Assembly (NCBI GenBank): GCA_051362555.1
Contig: CM120646.1
Span: 9,300,001 to 9,364,000, forward strand
DNA length: 64,000 bases
DNA from: Lingula anatina
Lineage: Eukaryota > Animalia > Brachiopoda
Direction: 5' to 3'
In this document: piece after piece, positions 29,715 through 42,435 of the stretch
How positions within the stretch are numbered: position 1 is the first letter of the stretch
How the letters are laid out: each line of letters begins with the position of its first letter
Position numbers and translations under genes: made by a program
The notes under the pieces: generated by a model
What the model was told of the DNA's origin: nothing
Database searches by the model: none
What the model saw: the letters and a program-made list of their open reading frames with translations, nothing else

Positions 29715-30101
29715 TTTACTGCTGAGAATATATTCTAAATACTATATGTAAAATCAGCTAACAGTGATTTATCATATATAAGTACCTAACATCATCATAT
29801 TTTTTACTTCTGTTGATTAATAGTCAAGTGATTGATGCAACTTAATATAAGTTTTAACTGCTATCTTCTACAAAAAGATCAATCTGTTTATTTTGACCTT
29901 GGTAACTAAATTACCTTATACATTTAATTGTTTCCACATCTGTGGTTATTTACAATTGTTGTATAAAAACAATTGACTTTTACACTGACTCTGTCTAACT
30001 TCTTGTGCAGCTTGTGCAGGATAAACAGATTAAATACATAAAGGTGCCTTCTCTTAGAGTGAAAGGTCTCAATTGTTTGGCAAATCCCAAACTGTACTCA
30101 C

Positions 30102-30204
30102 CCTGAGTAATGGGGTCACTTTCTGTGCCTCCCGGGAAACTGGGTCCACTATGAATGTTACATCATAGGCTGGTTCCTCAGGTTTAGCAGGGATTTTTAA
30201 CACA
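30102..30204 (-). CDS. UGGT1: UGGT exon (VLKIPAKPEEPAYDVTFIVDPVSREAQKVTPLLR)
   Basis: VDP..REAQ motif; ttcag acceptor and gtgagt donor; ends in phase 0. Confidence 0.92.
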
Positions 30205-30875
30205 CTGAAGATGTAGATATTTTAAACAGTCAGTAAAGTATTTATAATTTTACCAGTACAGGTCTTCACAGACACTCAGAAGTGCCATAACTGTATCAAT
30301 AGCCTGTAAAATACACAGAGTTACATCACAGACAAAATCTAGTTCTTTTTCCAGAAAAACAATGCCAAGTTAAACAACAAATTGTTCATGACAATATTTT
30401 CAATATGCAACATAATGACTTCAGAAGGTTTCATACTCCATCCAGTTCTTGAACTTCAGGATAATTGATGCAGGGTTTTTTAATACTTATTTAAGAATCA
30501 TATCATATTTCAACTTTTTTCTTTACTTTGAAATCCCTTTGTCTGTGAAAAATTTTACTTCATGATGCAATAATTCAATCAGAAAAATCTACACTACGAA
30601 GAAAATGAGAAGATATCCCGTGTAGCTGTAAATGGACAGGCACAAAGTACACACCAATCCCCTGTTCACTGGCTCCTTGGTATGTTTCTAGGATAGGTTG
30701 TTCATTTTGTTTCATAAGTTACGACAATGCAAAAATGCAGTGACCTGTCCATAGGAAGGGTTATTTCACAGTTTATTTTGTATGACACATCTCATTAACT
30801 CCAAAAACCTGGTACTGCACCTCATGTTATAGTAATGTAATAATATTTGGAGAAAAAATGCCATCAGCACATGTA

Positions 30876-30877
<2 letters not shown>

Positions 30878-30924
<47 letters not shown>

Positions 30925-30990
30925 CATCCCTGTACTGTGTGTGAGAGAGCATCCCTGTACTGTGTGTGTGTGAGCATCCCTGTGCTGTAT
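30878..30990. repeat. (TG)n(AG)n microsatellite followed by gagcatccctgtactgtgtgt x3
   Basis: Seen directly in the sequence. Confidence 0.9.
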
Positions 30991-31000
30991 GTGAACATAC

Positions 31001-31102
31001 CTGTGCTGGTCTCCAGCAAACTGTACGTCAGTCCTGGAGGCTATGCTGGCCTGCTGATTGGACATCAACAGACTGCCCACCTGCATCACCATGTCACTGA
31101 CC
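31001..31102 (-). CDS. UGGT1: UGGT exon (VSDMVMQVGSLLMSNQQASIASRTDVQFAGDQHS)
   Basis: ORF 30766-31116; resembles ASDLVMKVDALLS; ttcag acceptor and gtatgt donor. Confidence 0.88.
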
Positions 31103-31463
31103 CTGAATAGATACACAAGATAGATACACAGTATGTATAAATAAGCAGTTCCTGCTGCAACTACTTGTGATGTTATTTTTTGAGAAACTCCCTACAATAC
31201 CTTAAATGTGTTTTTTTTCATTATCATGACAAAAACTGGGACATATTTTGAATATAACCTAAAGTGCATTCTTCTTTAAATCAAAATGAAGACAAGACTA
31301 TAACAAGGCAGCAAAGCTGTCAAATGTACAGACAAAAAACAGAAAATAAAGATGCAAAAAAGGTCATTTTGTCAATTTTGATGCAATAATAAATGATGCT
31401 TATAATAGCACTGTCAGTCAACACTGAATTTTAATCATGCACAACAGGTAACATGGTCAATAA

Positions 31464-31632
31464 CAGGAGCGGACCCTGAGATATTTTCTGACAGTATTCC
31501 AAAGTATCTATGTTGATCCATCCTCTATTTTGATGGTCTTCCAAAAGAAAAAATAATGGATACCAGTCAATATAAACTTAATAACCTGACTGTCTTCCAG
31601 AAGACCCAGAAGATGGTCTCAATCCACCCCTT
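31464..31632 (-). mobile_element. Diverged inverted copy of the 29547-29714 MITE, nested in family A
   Basis: Aligns by eye to the reverse complement of 29547-29714. The empty site is visible at ~63015-63040. Confidence 0.8.
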
Positions 31633-31865
31633 CAATAGGATTACAGTTTCAGGACCATGAGAGACTATAGTCACATGATGAAAGTCTCAGTATTTGAAAA
31701 ATGATGACAGTGCATAAAATAATTTTATATAATGTTTAAAGACATAAAAAACAATACAATTGCTTATGTGGAAATACAGAAAATGTGCAGAGCCTCGAGC
31801 GGATGAGAGTTAAAAGTCACAAATGCAAGTGTTTGAGAAAAAATTGTAAAGGAAAACCTAACAAA

Positions 31866-32085
31866 ACTAGAAAACCACCGAGAGTGCAGACCTCTGCCAA
31901 GGCAGCAATTGTTGATTATTGTTGATTATTGAGCCAGACCACCACTAAAAACTAATCATTGTCCTCTTTGGCCCAATTCTGACAGTTCCTGAAAATTTCA
32001 GCAAAATCGGTCCATTACTTTTTGAGTTATGTTGATGACAGACAAACAGGGGTGAAAATATAACCTCCTAGGCAGAGCCTGAGGT
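31866..32085 (+). mobile_element. Short HINE-like element, family B
   Basis: actagaaaa..gagagtgcagacctctgccaaggc ... aacctcc(t)(t)ggc.gaggt; same family as 35437 and 44135. Confidence 0.75.
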
Positions 32086-32129
32086 AAATATAATTTCAAT
32101 GAAGCTGCCATTCAAACTTTTAATCTTTG

Positions 32130-32131
<2 letters not shown>

Positions 32132-32181
<50 letters not shown>
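32132..32181. repeat. (TA)n microsatellite
   Basis: Seen directly in the sequence. Confidence 0.95.
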
Positions 32182-32185
<4 letters not shown>

Positions 32186-35098
32186 ACCTGCATAATTATC
32201 ACTACTTCCTTATCATTAATCTAACAGCGAGCTTAACCTTTGGGAGTTTACAGGGAAATATCAACAAGTGTGCTTTATGTAATCTCATTTAACGTCCTAT
32301 CAATTAGGCAAATTACTTTATAACTCAGAAATTAGCTACGTGATACCCAAGGGATATTAACAGACTGACCCTCTCAAAGGTCTTTCAGGCCCATAAGTCA
32401 CATCTTAAGAAAAGCACAAAACAATAATGCACAAAATAGGAAACTACCAATTCTGATGCAATAATACATTATGTTTTACTGCACAGTCAACATCAAATTT
32501 TAATTATGCACAACAGGTAACAACGATGAAAGTAAAAGCATAAGGCTTCAGGCCCATCAGAGTTCAAGTTTATCCTTAGAAAGTGCCAGAATGAGAAAAA
32601 TGAAAATTTCACACAAAATTGCATAAATTCAATAATAAATGATAACCCAATTGACCTGGCTTTCTAATTTGAACTGCATGCCAATCCTAAAAATCATACT
32701 TGTAAGTTAAAAATAATAATAAGTAACACAGTTTTCTTTTCATAATGTTTGCAGTAGCAATGCAAAAATATTGTTGTCAATTTTGATGTAACATTACATA
32801 ATAAATTATAGAATAATTATCACCAATCTTTGATTATTGACAATAAATAGCATGGACATGTAGAAAATTTGATTACCATTCGGCTTCATGTCCATGGGAG
32901 CTCCGAGTCCCACAATGAATATGCCAAAAAGATAATGAATATTTCACTCAAATGTATAACTTCCAGAAAAAGAAGCCAATTAGACTGCTTTTCCAACTCA
33001 TTCTGCATTTTAGTCCTGTCTTTCTTTTTTAAAGGTTTGACAGTCATAACACGGTTTTCCCATAATGCTCATCATAGCAGCAGCACCAAAAATTGTGTTT
33101 TGATGCAATATTCTATTTTGATGCAATATTACATAATGCTTAACAGCATAATGACCATCAATTTTTAATAATAGAATATTAGTAACATGGACATTCAGAA
33201 AACATGACAAGCAAAGGTCTTCAGGATCATGGAACTTCAAAGTCACACCTTGAAAATGCCAATATGTGAAAAATTAAATTTTCACAAAAAACTTTTTAAC
33301 TGTCAGAAAAAATTACCAAACAGACTGCATTGCCAACTAAAGCTGTATTTTAGACCTATGTTTCTTTCCTGTAAGTTTGAGAACGGTAATTGACATGATT
33401 TTTGTTAAATGGTCATTATGAGAGCAGTGCCCAAAATAGGGGTTTCTTCTAATTTTGATGCAATATTACATAATGTTTAACAGCATAATGACCATCAATT
33501 TTTAATAATGGAATATTAGTCACATGAACATTCAGAAAACGTGACTAGCAAAGGTCTGCAGGCTCATGGAACTTCAAAGTCACACCTTGAAAATGCCAAT
33601 ATGTAAAAAATTAAATTTTCACAAAAAACTGTTTAACTGCCAGAAAAAAATTACCAAACAGACTGCATTGCCTACTGAAGCTGTATTTTAGCCCTATGTT
33701 TCTTTCCTGTAAGTTTGAAAACAGTAAGTGACATGGTTTTTCTTAAATGGTCATCATGGGAGCAGTGCCCAAAATAGGGGTTTCTTCAAGTTTTGATGCA
33801 ATATTACATAATGTTTAACAGCATAATGACCATCAATTTTTAATCATAAAATATTAGTATCATGAATATTCAGAAAATGTGATTAGCAAAGGTCTGCAGG
33901 CTCATGAAACTTCAAAGTCACATCTTAAAAATGCCAAAATGTAAACAAGACAGCACTGTTCTGAAATGGGTTTATTTCCATTTTTAACATAAAACAAAAT
34001 AAACAGTTTGTTGCCATTTTTATATGACCAACTAAGAAAATTGATGAGATGGGAAAAATATCAATAGAACAGTGTTTAATGTCCAATTTCCTCCATTCTG
34101 AGATTCTGAACATAGTGGATGATTGAATCTGACAAACTGCAATGATGAGTTTATTACCATTTTTGACACTTTATTACACAATACACGATAACAAGTTTAC
34201 CATCATTTTTACAAAATCAATTAACAATGTTGTAAAGATGCAGGAAATATCAAACAAACACTTTTACGTATCTTATTAGTTAAATAATGAGACTGTTAAC
34301 ATGCCTAATAATTGAATCTGAGGAAATGTGAAAAAACAGCATAACTTCTAAAATAAAGGCCCAATCATGCTGATTTTTTAACTTGACCTGCGTATTATGA
34401 ATATCCATCAGTTCTGTTAGTTTCAAGCCAAAAGGTAAAATGTTATTTCACTTATCGTGTTATCGGTGTTGCATATATGCTGAGAAAAGTGAAAAAACAG
34501 CGTAACTTCCCTAAAAATGACCCGATCATGCTGATTTTCGAACTTGACCTGCGGATTATGAATATTCATCAGTTTTGTAAGTTTCAAGCTAAAAAGTAAA
34601 ATGGTTTTCCACTTATCGTGTTATCGGTGCTGCATATATGCTGAAAAAAGTGAAAAAACAGCATAACTTCCCTAAAAATGGCCCGATCATGCTGATTTTT
34701 TAACTTGACCTGCGTATTAGGAATATTCACCAGTTCTGTAAGTTTCAAGCCAAAAGCAAAAACGGTGTTCCACTTATCGTGTTATCGGTAAAAGTGCACG
34801 ACGGCGACGACGGCGACGACAGACGCAGATGATGGCTATATGTACAGACACATCTGTGTCTGTACATAAAAATGAAAGCCTCTATGTCATGTTCATCAAC
34901 ACAATAACAACAATAAGTACTAGTTACAACACGAGTTGAGATATATTTTGCTCTTGCATGTCGCATACAGTGGCTGACTTATACCATTGCTAGTGCTTTT
35001 AACAACAGGATGAATGCACCGAATAGTATGAAAATACATGCAAGCCTGTATGTGAAATACAAATGCAATTATCCTGTTGTTCGAAGTGCCAGCTTTGG

Positions 35099-35131
<33 letters not shown>
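35099..35131. repeat. (TAA)n microsatellite
   Basis: Seen directly in the sequence. Confidence 0.95.
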
Positions 35132-35132
<1 letters not shown>

Positions 35133-35436
35133 GAAATAATACTTATAAAGGTAACTTAAAACCACACTCCATGTGTGTCTCATTGCTTTAAGGGCCATTC
35201 TCACCCCCCCTGCCACCATCTAGCACTAACAGGAGAGAGGCCAATAAAAAGTATCCTGATCTGAATTGCTTTAGTAGGCCATGAAATAAATCAAAAATAA
35301 AGAATATAAAAACACTCACTGCTGATATGTGGGTGCAATGCATTTTACAAATCTGATACAAAAGTTCTCATTATCTAAGTGAACTGTTCATAAGTGCCTT
35401 TTAGCATTGAAATAGTTTGCAAAAATCAAATGACCA

Positions 35437-35747
35437 ACTAGAAAAGCACTCTGAGAGCACAGGCCTCCGCCAAGGCAGCAAAGTCTCCACCCAATGCCGT
35501 TTCACCCCTAAATTTTCATTCTATAATGATTTAGTTTTTTATTATTGATTGATTATTGATTGGGATCACCATCAAAAACTAATCATCTGTTCCTTGGTCC
35601 ACTTCTGACAGTTCCAGTAAATTTCATCAAAATCGGTCCATAACTTTTTCTGTAATGTTGCTAGCAGACAGACAGACAGACTGACAGACGGACAGGCAGA
35701 CAGACAGACAAACTAACAGAACCAAAAACAACCTTCTTGGCGGAGGT
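35437..35747 (+). mobile_element. HINE-like element, family B, with (GACA)n
   Basis: Subterminal inverted repeat cctccgccaag/cttggcggagg, a 3' hairpin, and an internal microsatellite. Confidence 0.8.
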
Positions 35748-36363
35748 AATAACTATACAAAACCTACTTTAAGTATCACAATTCATACCAAAACATTGCA
35801 GTCATAGCAAATATTTTCAAATTTAAAGAAAAAAAGTACTGAGCAGTACCAGAAAACTAAATATTTATCAGAAAATGAACAATGTGATAAATTGCACTAA
35901 AATAAAAGCAGAGGATTAAAACTATTTGCATTTTCATATGAAGAGGGCCAGAAAATTAGACTAGACTCAAGTTGGAATCATTAACTGTTTTACTCAAATT
36001 ACCTTGGAAACAAAACTATTTACATATTATAAATATTTAAGTTTAGAATTTTTGACTTAAGCACACAATCTTAATTAAATAAAAAAAAATCCACTTCCGT
36101 TCCATCTTATTTATCTCAATAACAATTTTGGTTACATTTTCACAACAGTTAATTGAAATCAGATGTGTAATATCAGTGCATGAAAATCAAATACATGGAT
36201 GCACTATATAATAGCCTAGATGTTTCTACCTGATGTTATATTGACAGTCATTTTACATTTAAATCACAAACCTCACAGGAGGTAGAAAATTTCAACAGAT
36301 TTTTCCACACCAAAGTGAGTCTGCCTTAAGCCCCATGTTATATCACTTCCACACTGACTGTAC

Positions 36364-36626
36364 CTCTTTGTGTCCTCTGTAAATCCCGTCAGCATCTGAA
36401 CAATTTTCTCAGCAGACGACTTCTGTGTATATTTCTCCAGTAGATTATAGTCATCCTCTATGAATGTTTTCTGGTCTTTTAATGGACCAATTATTCTTCC
36501 ATTCACTATAACTCCTTGGGCACCTGGCTCAAAGCCCAGGACTTGGGTGCAGAAGGCTGAGTGGAACTGTAGGAAAGCCATCGTCTGTACGTCCAGGGCC
36601 TTGAGGTACACCTCCATTACCATACC
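36364..36626 (-). CDS. UGGT1: UGGT exon (GMVMEVY...VIVNGRIIGPLKDQKTFIEDDYNLLEK...DTKR)
   Basis: ORF 36273-36623; NGRIIGPL motif; follows an 89-bp intron. Confidence 0.95.
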
Positions 36627-36715
36627 CTAGGATCAGTTTGACATGATTTGTTATCTAATTAAAAAGATACCACACATAAAGAGAGAATGAGAGAGAGAGA
36701 GAGAGAAATGCTTAC

Positions 36716-36931
36716 ATGGACTTCCAAGTCACTGAGTGACTCTGTCCCTTCCAATATGGCATGTATGTTGTCCTCTTTCAGCAGCTTGGTGACAAAGCTC
36801 CTGGCAATGTGTGGAACCTGAGATCCCAGTGCTGTGTGGATGGCCAGTGGAATCTGGCTGCCTCTATACAACTTGGTACTGGGACTGCGAGGGTTGTGGA
36901 CAATACCAACCCTCAGGGTATGACTGTGCTT
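36716..36931 (-). CDS. UGGT1: UGGT exon (KHSHTLRVGIVHNP...ARSFVTKLLKEDNIHAILEGTESLSDLEVH)
   Basis: ORF 36659-36871; tgtag acceptor and gtaagc donor; 216 nt. Confidence 0.9.
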
Positions 36932-39574
36932 CTACAAAGACACACAGAATGGCTGACTGTTTGATTGATTTTAAATATCTAAAAAAATGTCATTTGACTG
37001 AATGATGCTTCGAGCAGAATTAATAAGAAAAACATAATATATGTAGCTGTATTTGATCATAAAAGATGTATTAAAGTAGAAATATGGTGACTACAAGCAA
37101 GTGAAATCAATGCTTACTGTTATCTTAGATACATAATAACTTCAACACATTATATACAGTTATACATATCTAAATATGTAAACCAAGTACTCCACCCCTT
37201 TGCTATGGAAGAAGGGGAGGTGGGTGAGCTAATTACCTCTCATTTGAATTAGTAACTCCATAGAACTCTAATCAAATTTCAATGAATTTCACTTAATTTT
37301 TTTATTCTATTTCATTTCCACACAAAGGAGGCCGTACAAAATCCCCATTTTAGTCGAGAACACATGTGCACTAGCGCATACCTTTGCTGGTAATTATGAG
37401 AGCAATTATAGCTCAATTGAATAGTTCAACATACTTTTTCTAAATATTTAAATGCTTCTGAAAATTCTTTGCCTTTATTTGGTTTATTGTAATACTTGGC
37501 AATACTTGATCTTTTTTTAAAGCCATCCAGCTGCTTTTAAAATTTTGCAGCAGTCACTGCTGTGGCCCAAATTTATCTACACTCCTTGGTACATTAATGT
37601 TCTAATCTGTCTGGCTATTGTATCTCTCGAAACTGACAAAAAGAGCATTCTGCTACCTTAAAAAATTTATCCTGCCCATTTCCATCATTTAATGATTTTG
37701 TTCTTTTTAAATATTAATTACAAAATGTCAAGGTACAATCTCCTATCTGGATGGTACAATTTAAATCGTACAGTTATTGCACCTACACCTGGTCTTGTTT
37801 GCTTTAGTTTCTTCAATCTTAAATAAAACATGATTTTTGGGAAGTTCAAACTCTAGGTACTTCAATCAATGCAAAGCCTGTCATCTTCATAAGTGACATA
37901 TATAGCTTCAGTAGCAATCTGATCTTATAATGATGACTATCTTGCTGACATGTTTCCATTAAAAAGACACAAAAGAGGATTTTCGCGCCAAAATTGATTT
38001 ATCCTGGAGTTAACAGTACTTTTCCGCGGTTAACCAACCTTTAATCTATCATTCCCGGCACTCGCCATCGCTCTGTAACATTTTTGGAAAATACAATAAC
38101 AAAAACCAACTCCATTTTCATAGTCGAACTCTTTAGACTTCCGGATATCGCGAGATTCTCGTATTGCGACCTAGTTAAAACCAGTTCAAGCTGCCGGGAA
38201 AAGCCAACATGGCACAGGAGACTCAATTAGCTGGAATTCAATCGAAGAAGGGAAGTAAGATAACAAAAAGAAAAAAGAAACACCCTTTACAAAAATCAAC
38301 ACCAGAAAAAAATGCGTAAAACAGTGTATCAGCAAATGTACGACAGGCAAACAATAAACACCGGCGAGGAAGAAGGCAGATTAAAACCTAGCTGCTTGGG
38401 TGGCCATGGATACGAAGGATCGCCTGGCCGCGAAGTATTTACTGGATTTGTGAGTACCATTTACAATACTGTTTGAGATAAGACACCAGTGAAAATATTT
38501 ATTAAGCACAGAGATTTATGTTTATGTACGTGTGTTCGTTGTATTTCTTAATTATTGTCATGCTCGTCCGTCAAAGTATGCCATGAAATTGTAACTAATA
38601 TGAGTGGTATCGATGACAGAAGTTGCAGGTGTTGCTCATATGTCGACTAAGGGTTTGGGTTAGTTTATAGAGCAAAGAAAGTTTAAATAGAAATGGACAT
38701 GGTGGGAGATACTAGTCTCATTACATGTACATTACAATGACCGGGGCGAATTTTTGACTTACCGAGGGCACATTTCTTGTGCCTCTAACATCTAGGTACA
38801 GTAATTAAGACGTATGACCAAGATGCTATTTCTTTAGGCATCTAAATCCCAAAATGAATGTGCAGAAGCTGTTATTGTATCTAAGTTTAACTCAATAATA
38901 AATGGCATGTCAACTATAATTGAAAATATCTTTGAGTAGTATTTTGATTTTATATTCTAAAGACAATTTGTCTCCTTTTTACATTAAAAATAAATAAATC
39001 AGTAAGGGGATATTGCATGTTTATGTTTGGTACATCTCTCTAATGTATGAAATAGTCCAGAGTAATAATTTAGATCATACAATTTTAACTTTAGAGTCCA
39101 ACCAGTATTTCGGAGATTAAACCAATATGAAGTGATTAAGAAACTTCAAAATTAAGTTGTAGTTAATACTAGTGCAATTGAAGATGACAGTCTAGATAAT
39201 TTAAGGTGATCATATTGAGAAAAATGGCATTTATACCTATTTCAGTTGAGTTTTATACTTATTTCAGTTATGTTTTCACATGATTTTTCTCAAACTTGAT
39301 TATCTTAATTTTATGTACTTTTGCTTTTTTTTTTGGTTGCAGTATCAAGGTAACTTTTTCCTATGGGATGCCTGAACTGGAAGAAGTGCAGATGGAAGAG
39401 GAGGAAGATACTGAAGAAAAGGGAATTAAAGGATCCTGATGATCCAACATGGGACTAAAACATGTCTTTAGAGTAAGCAGAATTTTAATAAGCTGATATT
39501 CACTCATCATATATTAGGCATTATAGGTGCATGACTTCTCTTTTATCAATTTTTTCCAAATTGGCGACACATAA

Positions 39575-40165
39575 TGTAAACATAATGCAAGACTCTATTT
39601 CCTACGTCAACTGAAACGAGCTAAGCTTTACCAAAGTATTGTGCACTCAATTCTAGAATATGCCTGCCCTGTGTAGCATCCAGGACTAACTATAGAGCAA
39701 TGCAAACTCTAAGAGACTGACCAAACTCGTGCTTTGAAGATTATTTTCCCTGACCTACACTATGATGAAACCCTGAACCTGGCAAATATGTTTACTTTAG
39801 ATAAACGAAGAGATCTGTGCAAAACTTTCTTTTACAAAATAACTGAATCCCCTGACAAACTGAATCACATCTTTATTGAGCAATCCAATCGTCTTTTAAG
39901 ATCAAACAATAGTTACAAAGTGCCACAGTTTAAGACTGACAGATTCTGATGCTCTTTTATTCCATATGCACTTTTAAATTTCCAATAGTATTATGTTGTC
40001 TTTTATCCTAAGTACAATAATTTTAAAGTTCAATTAGCAGTCTTTTAACTCAGTTTTATTCAAGCAAATATTCACTTTATTTGCATTATAACTTTCTTAA
40101 CATTATGTACAACTTCAACCCACTGGGTTGCAATCTTAATAAATTATTATTATTATTATTATTAT
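39575..40165 (+). mobile_element. 5'-truncated LINE (L2/CR1 group) reverse-transcriptase C-terminus, 3' UTR and (TTA)n tail
   Basis: Broken frames read RLY.LRQLKRA, SILEYACPV*HPGLT, RALKIIFPDLHYDETL and PQFKTDRF..SFIPY; aataaa followed by (tta)n at 40138-40165. Confidence 0.85.
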
Positions 40166-40371
40166 TTTGATTTGCTTTTTTAGACCTTAAGGTTATGAGC
40201 AACTGCCAGTATGATGTCCTGAAGAAGAGTTTTTTACATGGAAGAGGAACTCCATGGCTCTCCACCAAAAAAAGAGGAACTTCTCTTGAGGGTCCAAAGC
40301 AGGGACGAGTTGGATAGTGAGAGACTTTTCCTGACTTTCGAGTGCTGCTTACAGGATATATTCAGTGAACT

Positions 40372-40699
40372 CATCTTGCCAATGTGACAAAGCATAATCT
40401 GCTGACTTCAAACCATCTAGCACTGACATGTATGCTATAATGCAGACAGATTGGAAATCAAGGTGGTCTTTCCTCCCAAACCTAAGTCATATGCCTGATA
40501 TTGAGAATAAACCATTTTGGTTTATAAAAAATAAAAATGTTCCCTGCACATCTTTGCCAATGTGACAAAGCATAATCTGCTGACTTCAAACCATCTAGCA
40601 CTGACATGTATGCTATAATGCAGACAGATTGGAAATCAAGGTGGTCTTTCCTCCCAAACCTAAGTCATATGCCTGATATTGAGAATAAACCATTTTGGT
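40372..40699. repeat. Near-perfect ~150-bp direct duplication with a short spacer
   Basis: 40372-40521 matches 40549-40699. Confidence 0.9.
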
Positions 40700-42399
40700 C
40701 CACCATTTACTTCTTAAATCTAAATGACATCAAATGTATTATGGAATATGGTACTGGTGGCATATTGTGACTTCAACTTGATTTTAAACCAGTGTGTTGT
40801 CAGATCTTGTAAGATCACCAGTTGCAGTTTTGTGACTTTGTTACAGCATAAAATTCTGTATTTGGCAAATGACTGCATGTCATTTCTTTTAAGACCTACA
40901 AAATGGTTTGAGTGAACACTTGTGCCTGTATTCAATTCTCCACTCAGCCATTATTTAGAATTCATGCAGGGAAGCCATGCCTGTATTTTTAAAAGAAATA
41001 TTTATACATTTCTATTTATTCCCTGCACATCTTGGAAAAGTATGTGTGAATATCTTACCGATGAAACAATTTGTTTGTGTAAGTTGGGTTAGTCCCTTCT
41101 TATGACACATCCCTTTGCATGGAGACTTTTGTGTCAGCTCACATGAGTCAATACACTGACAGAGAGGGGGATAATTTGTTGATCTGCAATCCTCATGGGT
41201 CTGCATGTACATCAGACTCTTAACATGATAGCCCGGCTGTTAATAAGTCTCTCTCAAAAATGTTACCATACTATGTGTACTGCACAATGTGAAAGTTTGT
41301 GAATGCTTGAATAGAAGGCTTATTTATGAAGAGAGCATTAATAAGTATGAAAATAATTATGCATTCAAGCTTACAAAATCTGTGTATGTCTTATTCATTA
41401 CGTGTGACAGGTAATTATAAAGATGATTTGGCCAAATTCCAAACTTATGTAGCAAATTTGTTTATTCTTGTATTTTTGCCAAATATAAATAAAAGATGTT
41501 TCAATATTTAAACTTTTATTTCATTCATAATCTCTACCCAGTTAATGCTACATTGATACTGCAGCTTATGCTTTGTACATAACAATATGTTAATTAATAA
41601 TAACAGTTGGATAGTACATGTTGTTAATTTACTAAAGGGCTAGTTCTTAGAAAAACATGTTCGACATTAAAATATATTCTAAAAAAGTTTTCAAGAATTG
41701 CATTAGAATTGAATCTTCGGATGTATTTGACAAAATTATAAAAGTATTGAAAAGTTGACAATGCCCAGAAAATAAAGGCTTTGAGGCTGTCGCTGATCTC
41801 AGTCTTGTCACTTTAAATACATGTACATGGGCATTATAATATAAAACTGTTCACTCGGTTTTGGTAAAAGGTGGTGGATCATGTGGTCATTGCTGCAAAT
41901 TTTTTGTAGCAGTCTTTTACACAACTTGTCACACCGACATTGAAGTGATGCAGTATTGTAAGATTGGAGTGCTTCCTGGTATGAGTTTTCCAGATATAAC
42001 TTGAGGCACTGTAATAGTAAAATTACATAAAATGGTTATAAAGGAAAAATGTATTGATATTATCATAACAGCACTATTCTTTAACAAAAATCCACAAATT
42101 AGAGGGCATGATCACTACATGATAACCAGCTTTTAATAAAGAAGCAAGTCTGATTATGGCAAAAAAATTAAATTTAAATATCTGTAGCTGCATCAAATCA
42201 TAAAAGCCACAAGAAGAAATAACATAATCACACATGGTTTCAAAGAACTGATGTAAAAAAAATCACACTAATATTCCCCACTTGGAATTAGAATTTTGAC
42301 TAGCTAATTTACTACAGTATAGTGCTAAACCGTACCAAATGGCACTGTTCGCTCTCTAAAATACCAAAAAATTTTAAGCAGGCCCAGAACCCCACAGCA

Positions 42400-42435
<36 letters not shown>

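Larger units (their letters stand above)
31303..34867 (+). mobile_element. Helentron/HINE-like non-autonomous element, family A (composite, with nested insertions and internal ~338-bp and ~162-bp tandem units)
   Basis: 5' end acaaggcagcaaagctgtcaaatgtacagac; 3' (cga)n microsatellite followed by the hairpin tatgtacagacaca-tc-tgtgtctgtacata; homologous to 56827-59033 and 62862 onward. Confidence 0.7.

Noticed and set aside
29915-29939. Possible 25-nt micro-exon (ccacag...gtaatt) in the UGGT deletion interval
   Set aside because: It has a stop in the required frame and no resemblance to the expected UGGT segment.
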